This document shows, piece by piece, positions 39,059-49,041 of a stretch of 64,000 bases of DNA. Where the stretch lies: IMG/VR virus record IMGVR_UViG_3300026522_000846; one strand, written 5' to 3'. The notes under the pieces are model-generated. The model made no database searches, was not told the DNA's origin, and saw only the letters and a program-made list of their open reading frames with translations. The stretch's first letter is position 1, and every line of letters starts with the position of its first letter. Made by a program: the position numbers and the translations under genes. The DNA comes from an uncultured virus (IMG/VR IMGVR_UViG_3300026522_000846). Lineage: Duplodnaviria > Heunggongvirae > Uroviricota > Caudoviricetes.

Positions 39059-39282
39059 TGGAAAGGGGCTAAAGCCCCTTTCCTAGGAACGAATGTTTTA
39101 CATTCGTTCCATTTAATGGAACGAACCAAGGGTTCGTTCCTAGGAACGGTTCTTTTAGAACCGTTCCATTTAATGGCGTGGATCGTAGATCCATGCCTAG
39201 GAGTGATGCTTTGCATCACTCCATTTAATGGAAAGGGGCTTTAGCCCCTTTCCTAGGAACGAATGTTTTACATTCGTTCCAT
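39058..39282. repeat. Tandem array of four family-A elements (eight hairpins)
   Basis: Units 39058-39112, 39116-39169, 39173-39224 and 39228-39282, each separated by TTA. Confidence 0.96.
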
Positions 39283-39415
39283 AATATTCCAAATTTTTGA
39301 CAAAGGTTGGGGGACTGAAAAATGTTCGTTAGGGTTCGTAGAACGAATTCTACTTAATACAGCGAATGAGAGTATCGGTTCCCTGATTTTTATTTACTGA
39401 AAGGTCAGCAAGGCT

Positions 39416-41020
39416 ATGCTTGATGAAGATAAATATTACATGAATTGGGAGGAATTCAAGAACAGTGCTGATGACGTTCAGAAGCTTTTTCCAATAAGAG
39501 ATGTACTGTCGGTGCATTTTGGTTTAACACCACAGCATAATGGGCGTTGTTCGTGTCCTATCCATCAGGGAAATGACGCTAATCTTGCCATTTATCCCGA
39601 ATCCAATACCGTTCACTGTTTCAGCCATTGTAACAAATCATGGAACGCTATCACACTTGTTCAGGAAGACTTCAAGAATAACGGCTGTTCCGAGGGTTCG
39701 TACAAAAAGGCTCTTTTTACATTGTGTGACGAGTTCGGTGTCGATCCGCTCACTCTTCCGGGAATAAGCGAAAAGAAATACTCTCACGTCGTTGAACCCA
39801 AACCAAAACCGAAAGAACCCGAAAAAACGGAACTTGAAAAGGCGTTTACTCATAAAACGATCGTTCGTCATAACCAATGGTTCTTCAATGAAAAAAGCCT
39901 TGAAATGGATCATGCGAATGTGAAAGAGATAGTTCCCCTGTGGCAGAAACTTCTCAATTTCTCCAGAAACCCTTTTGAACCCATAATAACAGGATGTGAA
40001 AAGGACGAGCGAGGACAGAAAAGAATAGCGAAAAAGCCTCCGCTTCCCATACAGAAAACGGCAGCGTTTATCTGCTATCAGCTTCAGGTAAAAGCAAAAG
40101 AGTTACAGAGAGCAAAAAATATTCTTGAATGGCTCGCCAATGAATCGTTCGGCTACGAGTTCGAAAACTTATACAAGCCGTATCAAAAACTTTATTCATT
40201 AGCTCTTGCACAGCATCCTGCAAAACTTTCGGAAGAAGATGTACGGTTTATGAAGTTGAATTTCCTGATGTCCGATCGGGAAATTGAAAAAGAGGACCGT
40301 CTGCTCACGCTTTTTCAGATTTATGACGAGTTTCAGGACTATCTTGAACGTGTACCCTATACATACAAGATGAAAGACGTTCCAAAAGACTTTCCGTCAT
40401 ATTTTACCCCGGAATTCAAAGACCTGATAAACACTATCAAATCAAGTGAGTATTTGGAAAAGATAATTCCCATTTATGTGCCTGATGAGGGCGATTTAGC
40501 AGAAGATCCGAGACCGGGAAGTGATAAAAAAGTAATCGCTGACGTAACAAAATGGATAGATGAACTTTGTACGATAAGCGACTATGTCTTTGATTTGGGT
40601 ATCAAGTTGAAAGATTCGTTGCGAGAATATTTTGATTATCGAGATTATGCAAAAAAGAAAAAACTCGGCATCAAAGATGTAGATATAAATGTAGAGTCGA
40701 ATTGTTTTGATATTATGGGATTTCCCGAAGTTAAAGATATGGCTGAAGACGTACAAGAATTTATATATCAGTTTATGACGGCAAAGGACGGTCCTCTGAA
40801 TATATTTCAGGATAAATTAGTGAAAGCCATGAAAGCCGAAGAAAAGAAGTTGCAGGAATATTATAGCAAGGTTCAGTCAGCGGAACAAAGCAAAGATACA
40901 GAGTTAACGACCGAAAGTCGAACGTCTGAACCTTTGCAGGGCAAAGGTTCAGCATTAAAGACTGCAAGTCGAATTTCTGAACCTTCGCATAGTGATGACT
41001 CACTCGAAGAAGAAAGGTGA
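39416..41020 (+). CDS. CHC2 zinc-finger (primase N-terminal-like) domain protein
   Basis: CPIH...HCFSHC; no TOPRIM domain recognised. Confidence 0.75.
   Translation: MLDEDKYYMNWEEFKNSADDVQKLFPIRDVLSVHFGLTPQHNGRCSCPIHQGNDANLAIYPESNTVHCFSHCNKSWNAITLVQEDFKNNGCSEGSYKKALFTLCDEFGVDPLTLPGISEKKYSHVVEPKPKPKEPEKTELEKAFTHKTIVRHNQWFFNEKSLEMDHANVKEIVPLWQKLLNFSRNPFEPIITGCEKDERGQKRIAKKPPLPIQKTAAFICYQLQVKAKELQRAKNILEWLANESFGYEFENLYKPYQKLYSLALAQHPAKLSEEDVRFMKLNFLMSDREIEKEDRLLTLFQIYDEFQDYLERVPYTYKMKDVPKDFPSYFTPEFKDLINTIKSSEYLEKIIPIYVPDEGDLAEDPRPGSDKKVIADVTKWIDELCTISDYVFDLGIKLKDSLREYFDYRDYAKKKKLGIKDVDINVESNCFDIMGFPEVKDMAEDVQEFIYQFMTAKDGPLNIFQDKLVKAMKAEEKKLQEYYSKVQSAEQSKDTELTTESRTSEPLQGKGSALKTASRISEPSHSDDSLEEER
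40890..41002. repeat. About two tandem family-B units in frame at the C-terminus
   Basis: TCTGAACCTTTGCAGGGCAAAGGTTCAGCATTAAAGACTGCAAGTCGAATT. Confidence 0.82.
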
Positions 41021-42201
41021 ATTTTATGAGTATATACGAAAAGAAAATCAACGAGACCGTGGTAGAACTTAATCGAAGAGTGGACAAAATAATGGCACTT
41101 AAGAGCGAGTATAACTATTCCGAACTTATTTCGGGTATGAACCCGCTCCTTATTCAGCAGCAGACACAGTTACTTGACAGGCTAAAACTTGCAAAAGAGA
41201 CCGACAGTAACGGTGTGGGATATTTCCTTAATTACGGAGATTTTTCAGCATTTCTTCAGCGGTTCGACCTTTTTGACAGACTGTCAACAGGACTCAAAGA
41301 GGCAGCGACAAGAATAATCGAGATAGAGAATATGGTTCAGGACACGAACAAATTCATTCTTTCGAGCAGAGCCTTTCTGCCAACGGCAAATCAGAAACTT
41401 CTTCCTGAACATACAGAGCTTTATAATATGTCTGTTGACTACTTAAGGAAAGCACCGTGCATTCAGTCCTATAAACGTGCGAATATGAGGCAGAACATCA
41501 TAGAAGAAGCACTCATGGACTTGGATCACGATGATATAGATAAGGCCATAAAGAAGAAACTGATACACCCTGACGAGATCAGGGATATGAGCCATGTAAT
41601 AGACGTTACAGGCAAGAGAGCAAAGAATTTTGAAGAAAATCTGCGATATGCAAGGGAGCTGCTCGGACTTGTAAAAAAGGATGTTCCGTATAAGGAAGTC
41701 CATACAAAACTAAAGGGAACAACATTTACAAACGATGAGACCGGCATAGAGCGTCAGGAACTTCTGAAAGAACTCGAAGAGTATGCAAACTCGAACAAGC
41801 CTGTTTATCTGAACCTTGAGATGACGACCTTTAATAACAAGCCTGCTTGCAAAGTATTCTGGGGATATATAAACCCTGACCGTACAACGACTATCAATCA
41901 GATAGGTTGGCTTGACGCAACACTTGCAGGAGAAATAAGCACAGCGTATGGTGATAAAAAGATACCTGTCATATTTGACGGTGTAACAGGTGGCGGTGTT
42001 GACAGGAACGGACAGACGATAAACAGGGGTTGTAACATCACACTCCGTCTGCCAAGCACTCCATCGAAAGAGAAAGCCACTGACAAGCCGGTGTCAGAGT
42101 TAAAAGACGAGGTTCAACCTGCAGTTTCAAAAGAAGTTTCTAATACTCCGACTGTAGAAAATGCAAAAGAAAATGTGACTGAAGAAAGAGGGAAAGTATG
42201 A
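41017..42201 (+). CDS. Hypothetical protein with a HIRAN-like C-terminal domain
   Basis: TKLKGTTFTN...RQELL...QIGWL pattern. Confidence 0.6.
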   Translation: MNFMSIYEKKINETVVELNRRVDKIMALKSEYNYSELISGMNPLLIQQQTQLLDRLKLAKETDSNGVGYFLNYGDFSAFLQRFDLFDRLSTGLKEAATRIIEIENMVQDTNKFILSSRAFLPTANQKLLPEHTELYNMSVDYLRKAPCIQSYKRANMRQNIIEEALMDLDHDDIDKAIKKKLIHPDEIRDMSHVIDVTGKRAKNFEENLRYARELLGLVKKDVPYKEVHTKLKGTTFTNDETGIERQELLKELEEYANSNKPVYLNLEMTTFNNKPACKVFWGYINPDRTTTINQIGWLDATLAGEISTAYGDKKIPVIFDGVTGGGVDRNGQTINRGCNITLRLPSTPSKEKATDKPVSELKDEVQPAVSKEVSNTPTVENAKENVTEERGKV

Positions 42202-42890
42202 TCTATGCGATCGTTGGAAAAACATCTTCGGGAAAGGACACCATCGCCAAGCACCTGTCTTGGCGGTGGAACATCCCAATAGTCTGTTCTGCCACCACAC
42301 GTCCTATGCGGAAGTATGAAACCAATGGAAAAGAGCATTGGTTCGTGACAAAAGAGAAAATGGCAGAACTGAAAAACAGTCCTCATGTTATCGCTTATAC
42401 CAAAATGCCTTATACGGGAATCGAGTATGCTGCAACGACAGACATGGTGAATGGAATGGTTCTGAAAGAATCAGGCGATTTATCGCCTGCTTCGAGAGAA
42501 TCAGGCGATTTATCGTTTGATTCGGAAGAACCATTCCTAGGAGTGAACCAAAGGTTCACTCCATTAAAAAATAAAGACATGATATATATCATCAATCCCG
42601 AAGGCATTCGATGGTTCAAAGAGAATGGTACAAAGGATATGCCGATGGTTTCTATTTTCGTTGACCTGCCAGAGACTCTGATCGTTGACCGTGCCATTAA
42701 GCGTGGCGATAATTTCTCCGACATTATGGACAGGTTGGCTTCGGAAAGCAAAGAGATGAACCGATTTCGGGATGAAAAGGAATACGACTATCTGATCGAT
42801 AATTCAGGAACATTGTCTGACAGTCTGCGTCATGCAGATGAAATCGTGGAAACGCTTCATCAGAAAAAAGAATTAGATTTGGAAAGATAA
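42198..42890 (+). CDS. Guanylate kinase-like protein with a 39-aa repeat-derived insert
   Basis: GKTSSGKDT and TTRPMRKYETNGKEHWF. Confidence 0.82.
   Translation: MIYAIVGKTSSGKDTIAKHLSWRWNIPIVCSATTRPMRKYETNGKEHWFVTKEKMAELKNSPHVIAYTKMPYTGIEYAATTDMVNGMVLKESGDLSPASRESGDLSFDSEEPFLGVNQRFTPLKNKDMIYIINPEGIRWFKENGTKDMPMVSIFVDLPETLIVDRAIKRGDNFSDIMDRLASESKEMNRFRDEKEYDYLIDNSGTLSDSLRHADEIVETLHQKKELDLER
42451..42564. repeat. Family-A element with two nested 30-nt family-C modules
   Basis: 114 nt = 54 + 30 + 30. Confidence 0.9.
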
Positions 42891-42896
42891 AAACAT

Positions 42897-43793
42897 ATGA
42901 GAAGAAAAACATCAAAAAGAACAAAAATCAACATTGTCACCACTCTCCTTGTAGCACTTGTACTTGTTGGAGTGCGTGGAACGAAGTGGAATAGTGTTAG
43001 AAGTGGTAAGAGTCCTCATTCTTACGGAGTAGTACGAGATGTTAATCAAACATCAGAGACAAAGCAGAGTTCTACCGAGGTTAATCCCGCGAACTCTAAT
43101 GCCGAATTTTCGCTTGACGATATACCAAAGTACACATCCACTCCATCTGATGGAACGGTTCCAAAAGAACCGTTCCTAGGAGTGGATCGCAGATCCACTC
43201 CATCCGTTTCCGTAAATTCCAATGAACCTTATTTCACCAAGGAAGATATCGAAAAGGCAAAAACATCTTACGAATCGTATGGTGAGCATGACAGTCTCGG
43301 CAGATGTACGACCTGTATTGCTTCGATAGGGAAAGACCTTATGCCGACAGGTCCTCGTGGTGAGATAGGTATGATAAGGCCGACAGGTTGGCATACCGTG
43401 AAATACAAAAATGTAGAAGGGAACGATTGTTCCAATCGTTCCAATGGGCATTATCTTTATAACCGCTGTCATCTTATCGGCTATCAGTTGACAGGGGAGA
43501 ATGCAAACAATAAGAACCTTATCACGGGAACAAGATATATGAACGTAGAAGGTATGGAACCTTATGAAAACAATACGGCATCTTATGTGAGACAGACGGG
43601 TAATCATGTTCTCTACCGTGTGACGCCTGTTTTCTCGGGGAACGATCTTCTTGCACAAGGCGTACTCATGGAAGCGGAATCTGTTGAGGATAATGGTGCA
43701 GGATTAAAGTTCTGTGTGTTCTGCTACAATGTTCAGCCAAGCATAGAGATAAACTATACTGATGGAAGCAGTAAGGGAGAAGTCTATGAATAA
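42897..43793 (+). CDS. Membrane-anchored DNA/RNA non-specific endonuclease (EndA-like)
   Basis: DSLGRC, RPTGW, YNRCHLIG, NLITGT..MN and YRVTP; two repeat inserts. Confidence 0.88.
   Translation: MRRKTSKRTKINIVTTLLVALVLVGVRGTKWNSVRSGKSPHSYGVVRDVNQTSETKQSSTEVNPANSNAEFSLDDIPKYTSTPSDGTVPKEPFLGVDRRSTPSVSVNSNEPYFTKEDIEKAKTSYESYGEHDSLGRCTTCIASIGKDLMPTGPRGEIGMIRPTGWHTVKYKNVEGNDCSNRSNGHYLYNRCHLIGYQLTGENANNKNLITGTRYMNVEGMEPYENNTASYVRQTGNHVLYRVTPVFSGNDLLAQGVLMEAESVEDNGAGLKFCVFCYNVQPSIEINYTDGSSKGEVYE
43150..43203. repeat. Family-A element in frame
   Basis: 12-nt direct repeat ATCCACTCCATC at the junctions. Confidence 0.92.
43420..43442. repeat. Family-A single hairpin (27-nt in-frame insert)
   Basis: GGAACGATTGTTCCAATCGTTCC. 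Confidence 0.8.
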
Positions 43794-43844
43794 GCAACAA
43801 CAGAATTATGTTGTATTGTTTTAGGCAGGTCTAAACCTTGAAAA

Positions 43845-44132
43845 TAAAGGGGAAGAATAGGTCAGTGGTGTAAAATATGGTACGGTTTCGAATATAAATA
43901 CCGTAAAAAGTGGAAAGATTGGATAGTAAAAGGGGAATGAATGGCTGAATGGTGTAGTCAAAAGACGATTTATTAATATTGGCAGTGGAAGAAATGGCTG
44001 AAATTCAAAAGGAATATGCCTTTTCTTCCACTTTTTTGATTGCTTCTGTGAACGAACCAAGAGGTTTATTCCATTAAATGAAACAAAGTTTGACTTACAA
44101 TCATCTTCACAAGAGCCAATTTTTCCCCTATA
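43845..44132. promoter_or_regulatory. Iteron-like repeats upstream of rep
   Basis: AG(G/T)GGAA...(A/T)GG-type repeats near 43847, 43907, 43928 and 43984, with inverted copies near 44019 and 44116. Confidence 0.55.
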
Positions 44133-44159
44133 ATACTCCTTAATGAAAGGAGTACGAAT

Positions 44160-45527
44160 TTGCGAAACGACACCACGCCACTCAACGAACTGTCCGTCAG
44201 AAAGTCAAACGAGATGGTCTCTGCAAAGTACAAAAGCACTTTGCTTGAAAATCAGATCATGACTATCGCCCTGACACGGATAGAAGAAAGTGCAAGAGAT
44301 AAAAACGCACCGTTAACGGCAACATTATATCCGGGCGAACTGAAGCGTATTATCGGAGATCCCACACATATTTACCGTACCCTGAAGTCGGTCTCAAAGA
44401 CTATGGTAGGGCATACCATGTTTCTGGAGGACAGACAGGGGAATTTCCATGCTTATGCTATCGTAACGGATGCTGAATATCAGGACGGTGTGTTCCGTGT
44501 CAAATTCAATGAAAGTTTGAGAGATCATATCCTCGGACTGGAAAAGAACTATACGACTTATGAACTGTCCGTGCTGACCGATTTCAAAAGCAATTCCTCG
44601 TTCCGACTGTATGAACTTCTGAAAAAAGAGATATACAAAAGCAGAAAGAGCGTAAACAATGGCAGGGTAGATGTAGAATATCGTATCTCTGAACTTCGAT
44701 TTATGATAGGACTTGCAAATTCGGATGATGCCGGTGTAAAGAACGCCATGGGGCGTATGGGTGAGAACATTGACTGGGATAAGCTTTACAGTCTCCTTGA
44801 CAAGAAAGACAAGAAGTATGAAGCGTGGAAAGACATGAGGAGATATGTAATCGAGCCTGCCCAAATAGAGCTTGAAGAAAAGTCAAACGTAAGGTTTGAT
44901 TTTGACACATACAGAAGCGGTCGGAAGATAGACAGGATAGTTTTTCATGTCTATCCGAACGTACCGAAGAACCCTGAAATAATAAGCAGAAAACAGCGAA
45001 TAATCGAGAAACAGGCGAGACAGCTTGAAATACCAAGAGACCTGCCTGAATATCGCTCTCTGTATGCGGAATATACAGGGCATAATGGATTAACGGAAGA
45101 AGATATAAACCTGCTTATAGAGAGAGCGGAGGGTTGTGCTGATAACGAAACGACACGAAGTATAGTCCTGACGGTAAAGAATGCGATAGAACTTTGTGAC
45201 AAACAGGGTTCGATACAGAATTATATGGGTTGGATCATTCGTTGTATAGAGCGTGGCGGGTACAAAACGACCGAAACGATATATGGCTCAAAGGAGCGTG
45301 CCGAGGTCGTGAATACCGCAGAACAGGACTTGAAAACCAAAGACCTTGCGTCAGTATTCTGGAACAGAACAAAGGCAAGAAACGGACAGAAATTTCAGGA
45401 ATTCACGCAAATGCTTGCTGATAACGGTCTGACGCTTGAACTCTTTGAGGGAGCATGCGAAAGCGATGCCGAATGCGGAGAGCGTTATGTGGCATGGATC
45501 AAAGGCGAGTTGAGGTCGATACTGTGA
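44160..45527 (+). CDS. repB: Rep_3-family plasmid replication initiator
   Basis: VRKSNEMVSAKY.STLLENQI, SSFRLYELLK, RRYVIEPAQIEL and GRKIDRIVF. Confidence 0.88.
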   Translation: MRNDTTPLNELSVRKSNEMVSAKYKSTLLENQIMTIALTRIEESARDKNAPLTATLYPGELKRIIGDPTHIYRTLKSVSKTMVGHTMFLEDRQGNFHAYAIVTDAEYQDGVFRVKFNESLRDHILGLEKNYTTYELSVLTDFKSNSSFRLYELLKKEIYKSRKSVNNGRVDVEYRISELRFMIGLANSDDAGVKNAMGRMGENIDWDKLYSLLDKKDKKYEAWKDMRRYVIEPAQIELEEKSNVRFDFDTYRSGRKIDRIVFHVYPNVPKNPEIISRKQRIIEKQARQLEIPRDLPEYRSLYAEYTGHNGLTEEDINLLIERAEGCADNETTRSIVLTVKNAIELCDKQGSIQNYMGWIIRCIERGGYKTTETIYGSKERAEVVNTAEQDLKTKDLASVFWNRTKARNGQKFQEFTQMLADNGLTLELFEGACESDAECGERYVAWIKGELRSIL

Positions 45528-45897
45528 ACTTGAACTTTTTCGTTCTTACCGTTCCGTCTGAATTTATAGGATAACCGTCCTTATTAACGAGAAAATCCAA
45601 GTCGTTGTCCGTCTTGACCTCATACCATTCACGGTCTTTTTCTTCGGAAAACGGAGTGATCGTATAGTCCTCTGCATACTTCATCTTCTCGATATCGGTT
45701 ATCGGAGTAGTAGCCAGTTGATACAGAAGTGGTGTCAGGAAAAGAAGGCCTGAAAGCACTGCCATACCGATAGACAGTGCTCTCATGCTTATCTTTTTGA
45801 GCCTTTTTCTGTTTTGCTCTATCATTCCGATCGCAACGGAATTGACAAGAGCTGCAGCACTTAAGGCAAAGCAGATGATGGTGACTAGCCTGTTCAT
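45499..45897 (-). CDS. Membrane protein
   Basis: Two TM helices. Confidence 0.6.
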   Translation of the reverse strand: MNRLVTIICFALSAAALVNSVAIGMIEQNRKRLKKISMRALSIGMAVLSGLLFLTPLLYQLATTPITDIEKMKYAEDYTITPFSEEKDREWYEVKTDNDLDFLVNKDGYPINSDGTVRTKKFKFTVSTSTRL

Positions 45898-46613
45898 TCA
45901 ACCTCACCCACCTTCTCTGTTTTTTCTCTGATGAGATATGTTGAGGAGTCGGAGGATATCTGATTTACAGACATGCAGGTGTCCTTACTGAAGGTAGCTA
46001 TCCAGAGAGTAGAGTCTTTAGAACCGTAGAGGACAACACGCTGACTGTCTAATCCGGGGATCTCGGAACAGCTAACGACAACACCTTTACCGCATTTCTT
46101 TACCATGTCTTCATAAGTAATGCTTTCGCCACAGGTCTGAATGTCGGCAGACTCCACTTTCTTGTTCGGAGCAAACAGGGCGGTCTGACCTTTGCCTACG
46201 ACCTTACCGCCATTGACCAGAACGGAAAATCCATAAGTCTTTCCTGACGTTAAGAAATCATACTGGGTGCATTCCACGCTGTCGGCAACCTTCTGTTTTG
46301 CCTTAGACTGAAAATCCATGCCGACTACTTTTAGCATTTCGCTTTCATCCATACCGATCCTGACCTTTGGAAAGGCTTCCTGCATAGCCTTGATCTGTTT
46401 CTTGTCTTTCGAAGTGACTTTATCTTCGGTCACGGCAGAGGTTTTCTGACTGACTTCTGTTGCCTTGTTTGCCTCGTTAAGTCTGACTGCAAGTGCCATC
46501 GAAGTCAGCCCGAAAAGGCAGGTCGTTATGAGAAGTATCACCGTCATTACTATAACTTTTCGATTTGTTTTCTTCGAATCATTGTTTGTGTCGTCATCGA
46601 TAAATCGCATCAT
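45894..46613 (-). CDS. Membrane-anchored hypothetical protein
   Basis: N-terminal TM helix; AAGGAG RBS. Confidence 0.7.
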   Translation of the reverse strand: MMRFIDDDTNNDSKKTNRKVIVMTVILLITTCLFGLTSMALAVRLNEANKATEVSQKTSAVTEDKVTSKDKKQIKAMQEAFPKVRIGMDESEMLKVVGMDFQSKAKQKVADSVECTQYDFLTSGKTYGFSVLVNGGKVVGKGQTALFAPNKKVESADIQTCGESITYEDMVKKCGKGVVVSCSEIPGLDSQRVVLYGSKDSTLWIATFSKDTCMSVNQISSDSSTYLIREKTEKVGEVE

Positions 46614-46626
46614 AATAAATTCTCCT

Positions 46627-49041
46627 TTAGTTCATAAATATTGAATGAAACGCATCAGTCGTCACTTGGTGGTCATCCTGCTTTGCAGCTTCCTGCATTC
46701 GAAGGAACTTCTGTTCTTCTTCGTAGTTGTATTTGTAAACCAGTTCGTAGTTGTAATCATGCTTTTGGTCGTTATATCCATGGATTTCCAAGATGGTTCG
46801 CACCTTGTAGCCTTCCATGTAAACGACTGTATCCATGGACGCAAGCATCCGTCTTGCATCTTCGAAACTGTAGTCAGAGCCGTACTTTACGAGGTCGGCA
46901 AGCTTGTTCATGGTCTCATAGGCATTGGTAGAGTGAACGGTGAGTGCTGCATAACCTCCTGCATTGAGGAGCGTCATAACGGAACGCATCTCACCACCCT
47001 TGACCTCACCGATGATAAACTCATTACAGCCTTCAACGAGTGCCATCTGACCTAGATCCTGCAAGGTGTAGGGGCGATTGCCGTCATATCCGTGGGTAAC
47101 GTGCTTGAACATGAATCCCGGCTGATTGGTAAACAGCTCATCGTTTTCCTGAATGACCAACGTCTCACGAGTCTTTGGAATATGCTCGATAAAGGCGTTC
47201 AGGATAGTACTCTTTCCGCTATTTTTTGTGATAAAGATTTTCCCGTTTCGCCGAAGTACCAGAGCGTGTGTCGGAACTGTGAAGCAATATTTCATGCCGT
47301 CTTTGGGTTGGATCACTTTTGGAATGAGGGATCGATTATATGAATCATCTCCGTTTCCCCATCTCCATTGCATACCGACTAACGTATGATGAGAAACAAG
47401 CACGTTATATTCTTTCGAAATACGGTGATATATTTTCCCATTTGTCATGTGTGGCATATTCGTCCGGTCATACGTTCGAATGATGGCACGATACCCACAG
47501 GCAGAAAAGGCGAACTGAACGAAGTCTGCGGTTTCCTTTATGGACGTATAAAACACACCTCCGCTTTTTGTAACACTTCCGTCCCATTGCAAGATGTTGT
47601 CACAAATTAATTGGAGCTGATGATTTGTGCATTGATACCAGTCACCACAAAATTTCTTTTCTCTCCGCGGAGCGTGGAAACGAAAGACAGTAGCGCCGTC
47701 TTTCCTTTTATGTTCCGAAAATGTTAACTGGCAATCTCTTAAAATGGAACGTAACTCATTGATTTTTCGTTCCTTTTTGAGATCAATGGTACAGGCATTT
47801 CCCTTTCGATCCTTATTGAAAGTTCCATCACAAATGACTGCGAGCATGAGTCGGATTTCGTCATCTGACAAATCTATTCCCCTACCGTCATATCGAAAAT
47901 CCGTCCGAATTTTCCCATAGAACTTACCTACCCGCTGTTTTTGATAGAGTTCTTCTGCTTGCATTACTTTAGCCTGCCGATTCCGATCGTAATAAAGGAC
48001 GTTATGTTCGGGAGATAACATCATGTCAAAGCATTTCGTCTCAAAGTGGTACATTCTGTCACACGGAGCTTTGATATAGCGTAATGGCTTTACCAAAGAC
48101 GCTTCTCCTGTTTCTGTATCAAACTGAAGTACCTGTTCACCGTCACGATAGTCCGCGATCGACTTCCACTCATATCCGTTGAAAAATTCAGTATCTCGGT
48201 CAACACATCCCGGAGGTCCGGCAAACACGATACCTCTGGAATACTTTGCACGATTGATAAGGTACGATGCTATCTGCGGAGACACCATGTGGTTCTGATC
48301 TGCCGTACAAAGATCTTCGAAAGACGGTTTCGTTTTCGGTATCTTCCTGATATGAAGATACGGATAGTCAACAGCGTTCACCATGGGATCTGAAATAACG
48401 AATCTCAGGATATAGTTCTTGTCATGTGCGTCAGCAAAAGTAATGACAGGCGTTTTTCCGAACCGCATCTTGTTTCTGACACAAATTCCCTTTACAAACA
48501 TATAAAGGTCTCTTACACCGCTGAAACATTCCGAACTGCTGTATGCTTTTCCCTTGATACGAACACGAATGTCTTTGGGTCCGCACACCTTGATGTCGGT
48601 CGTCTTCGGATTATCGATCAGGGGCTGCAGGACATAGTACCCGAATACTGCTGTATAAAGCCTTTGTATCATCATTCGCTCATCGGATTCGTACTTGCAC
48701 ACTTCGGGATGCATTCTTGAAAGATCCCTTTTTACACGTTCGACAAATTCAGCATTTGTTACCTCACCGTTCTGACAACGGTCGAAGTATATGGATTCGG
48801 TAGTTTCGTAATAATCAAGCATCTTGTGAAAAATGGAATTGAATTTAGCCTGTTCCATGTGTATTCGGGTCTGTATGTTCGCATTACGAAATTCAGCCAT
48901 GCTTGTATCAAACAATACAGGCTGATCATCTTCCCTTGTACGTTCCTTCCCCTTGTCGGGAACATACGGAAGGTTTTTTGCCTCCAGAGCGTTGATGAAC
49001 GGCTCGCTTTGACCTGACTTTTCATATTCTTCTTTCGTCAT
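46627..49041 (-). CDS. VirB11/CpaF-family secretion ATPase containing an intein
   Basis: LQPLIDNPKTTDI, split Walker A GPPG/SGKST, IIGEVKG and TVHS. Confidence 0.9.
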   Translation of the reverse strand: MTKEEYEKSGQSEPFINALEAKNLPYVPDKGKERTREDDQPVLFDTSMAEFRNANIQTRIHMEQAKFNSIFHKMLDYYETTESIYFDRCQNGEVTNAEFVERVKRDLSRMHPEVCKYESDERMMIQRLYTAVFGYYVLQPLIDNPKTTDIKVCGPKDIRVRIKGKAYSSSECFSGVRDLYMFVKGICVRNKMRFGKTPVITFADAHDKNYILRFVISDPMVNAVDYPYLHIRKIPKTKPSFEDLCTADQNHMVSPQIASYLINRAKYSRGIVFAGPPGCVDRDTEFFNGYEWKSIADYRDGEQVLQFDTETGEASLVKPLRYIKAPCDRMYHFETKCFDMMLSPEHNVLYYDRNRQAKVMQAEELYQKQRVGKFYGKIRTDFRYDGRGIDLSDDEIRLMLAVICDGTFNKDRKGNACTIDLKKERKINELRSILRDCQLTFSEHKRKDGATVFRFHAPRREKKFCGDWYQCTNHQLQLICDNILQWDGSVTKSGGVFYTSIKETADFVQFAFSACGYRAIIRTYDRTNMPHMTNGKIYHRISKEYNVLVSHHTLVGMQWRWGNGDDSYNRSLIPKVIQPKDGMKYCFTVPTHALVLRRNGKIFITKNSGKSTILNAFIEHIPKTRETLVIQENDELFTNQPGFMFKHVTHGYDGNRPYTLQDLGQMALVEGCNEFIIGEVKGGEMRSVMTLLNAGGYAALTVHSTNAYETMNKLADLVKYGSDYSFEDARRMLASMDTVVYMEGYKVRTILEIHGYNDQKHDYNYELVYKYNYEEEQKFLRMQEAAKQDDHQVTTDAFHSIFMN
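47221..48207 (-). mobile_element. 329-aa intein with a LAGLIDADG-type homing endonuclease
   Basis: Starts CVDRDTEFF, block B SPEH, LAVICDG and ILQWDG motifs, ends YCFTVP...ITKN followed by Ser. Confidence 0.92.

Noticed and set aside
39058..39282. CRISPR array
   Set aside because: The constant parts are only 6-11 nt, the variable parts are palindromes that recur within the array or elsewhere in the window, and no cas genes are present.
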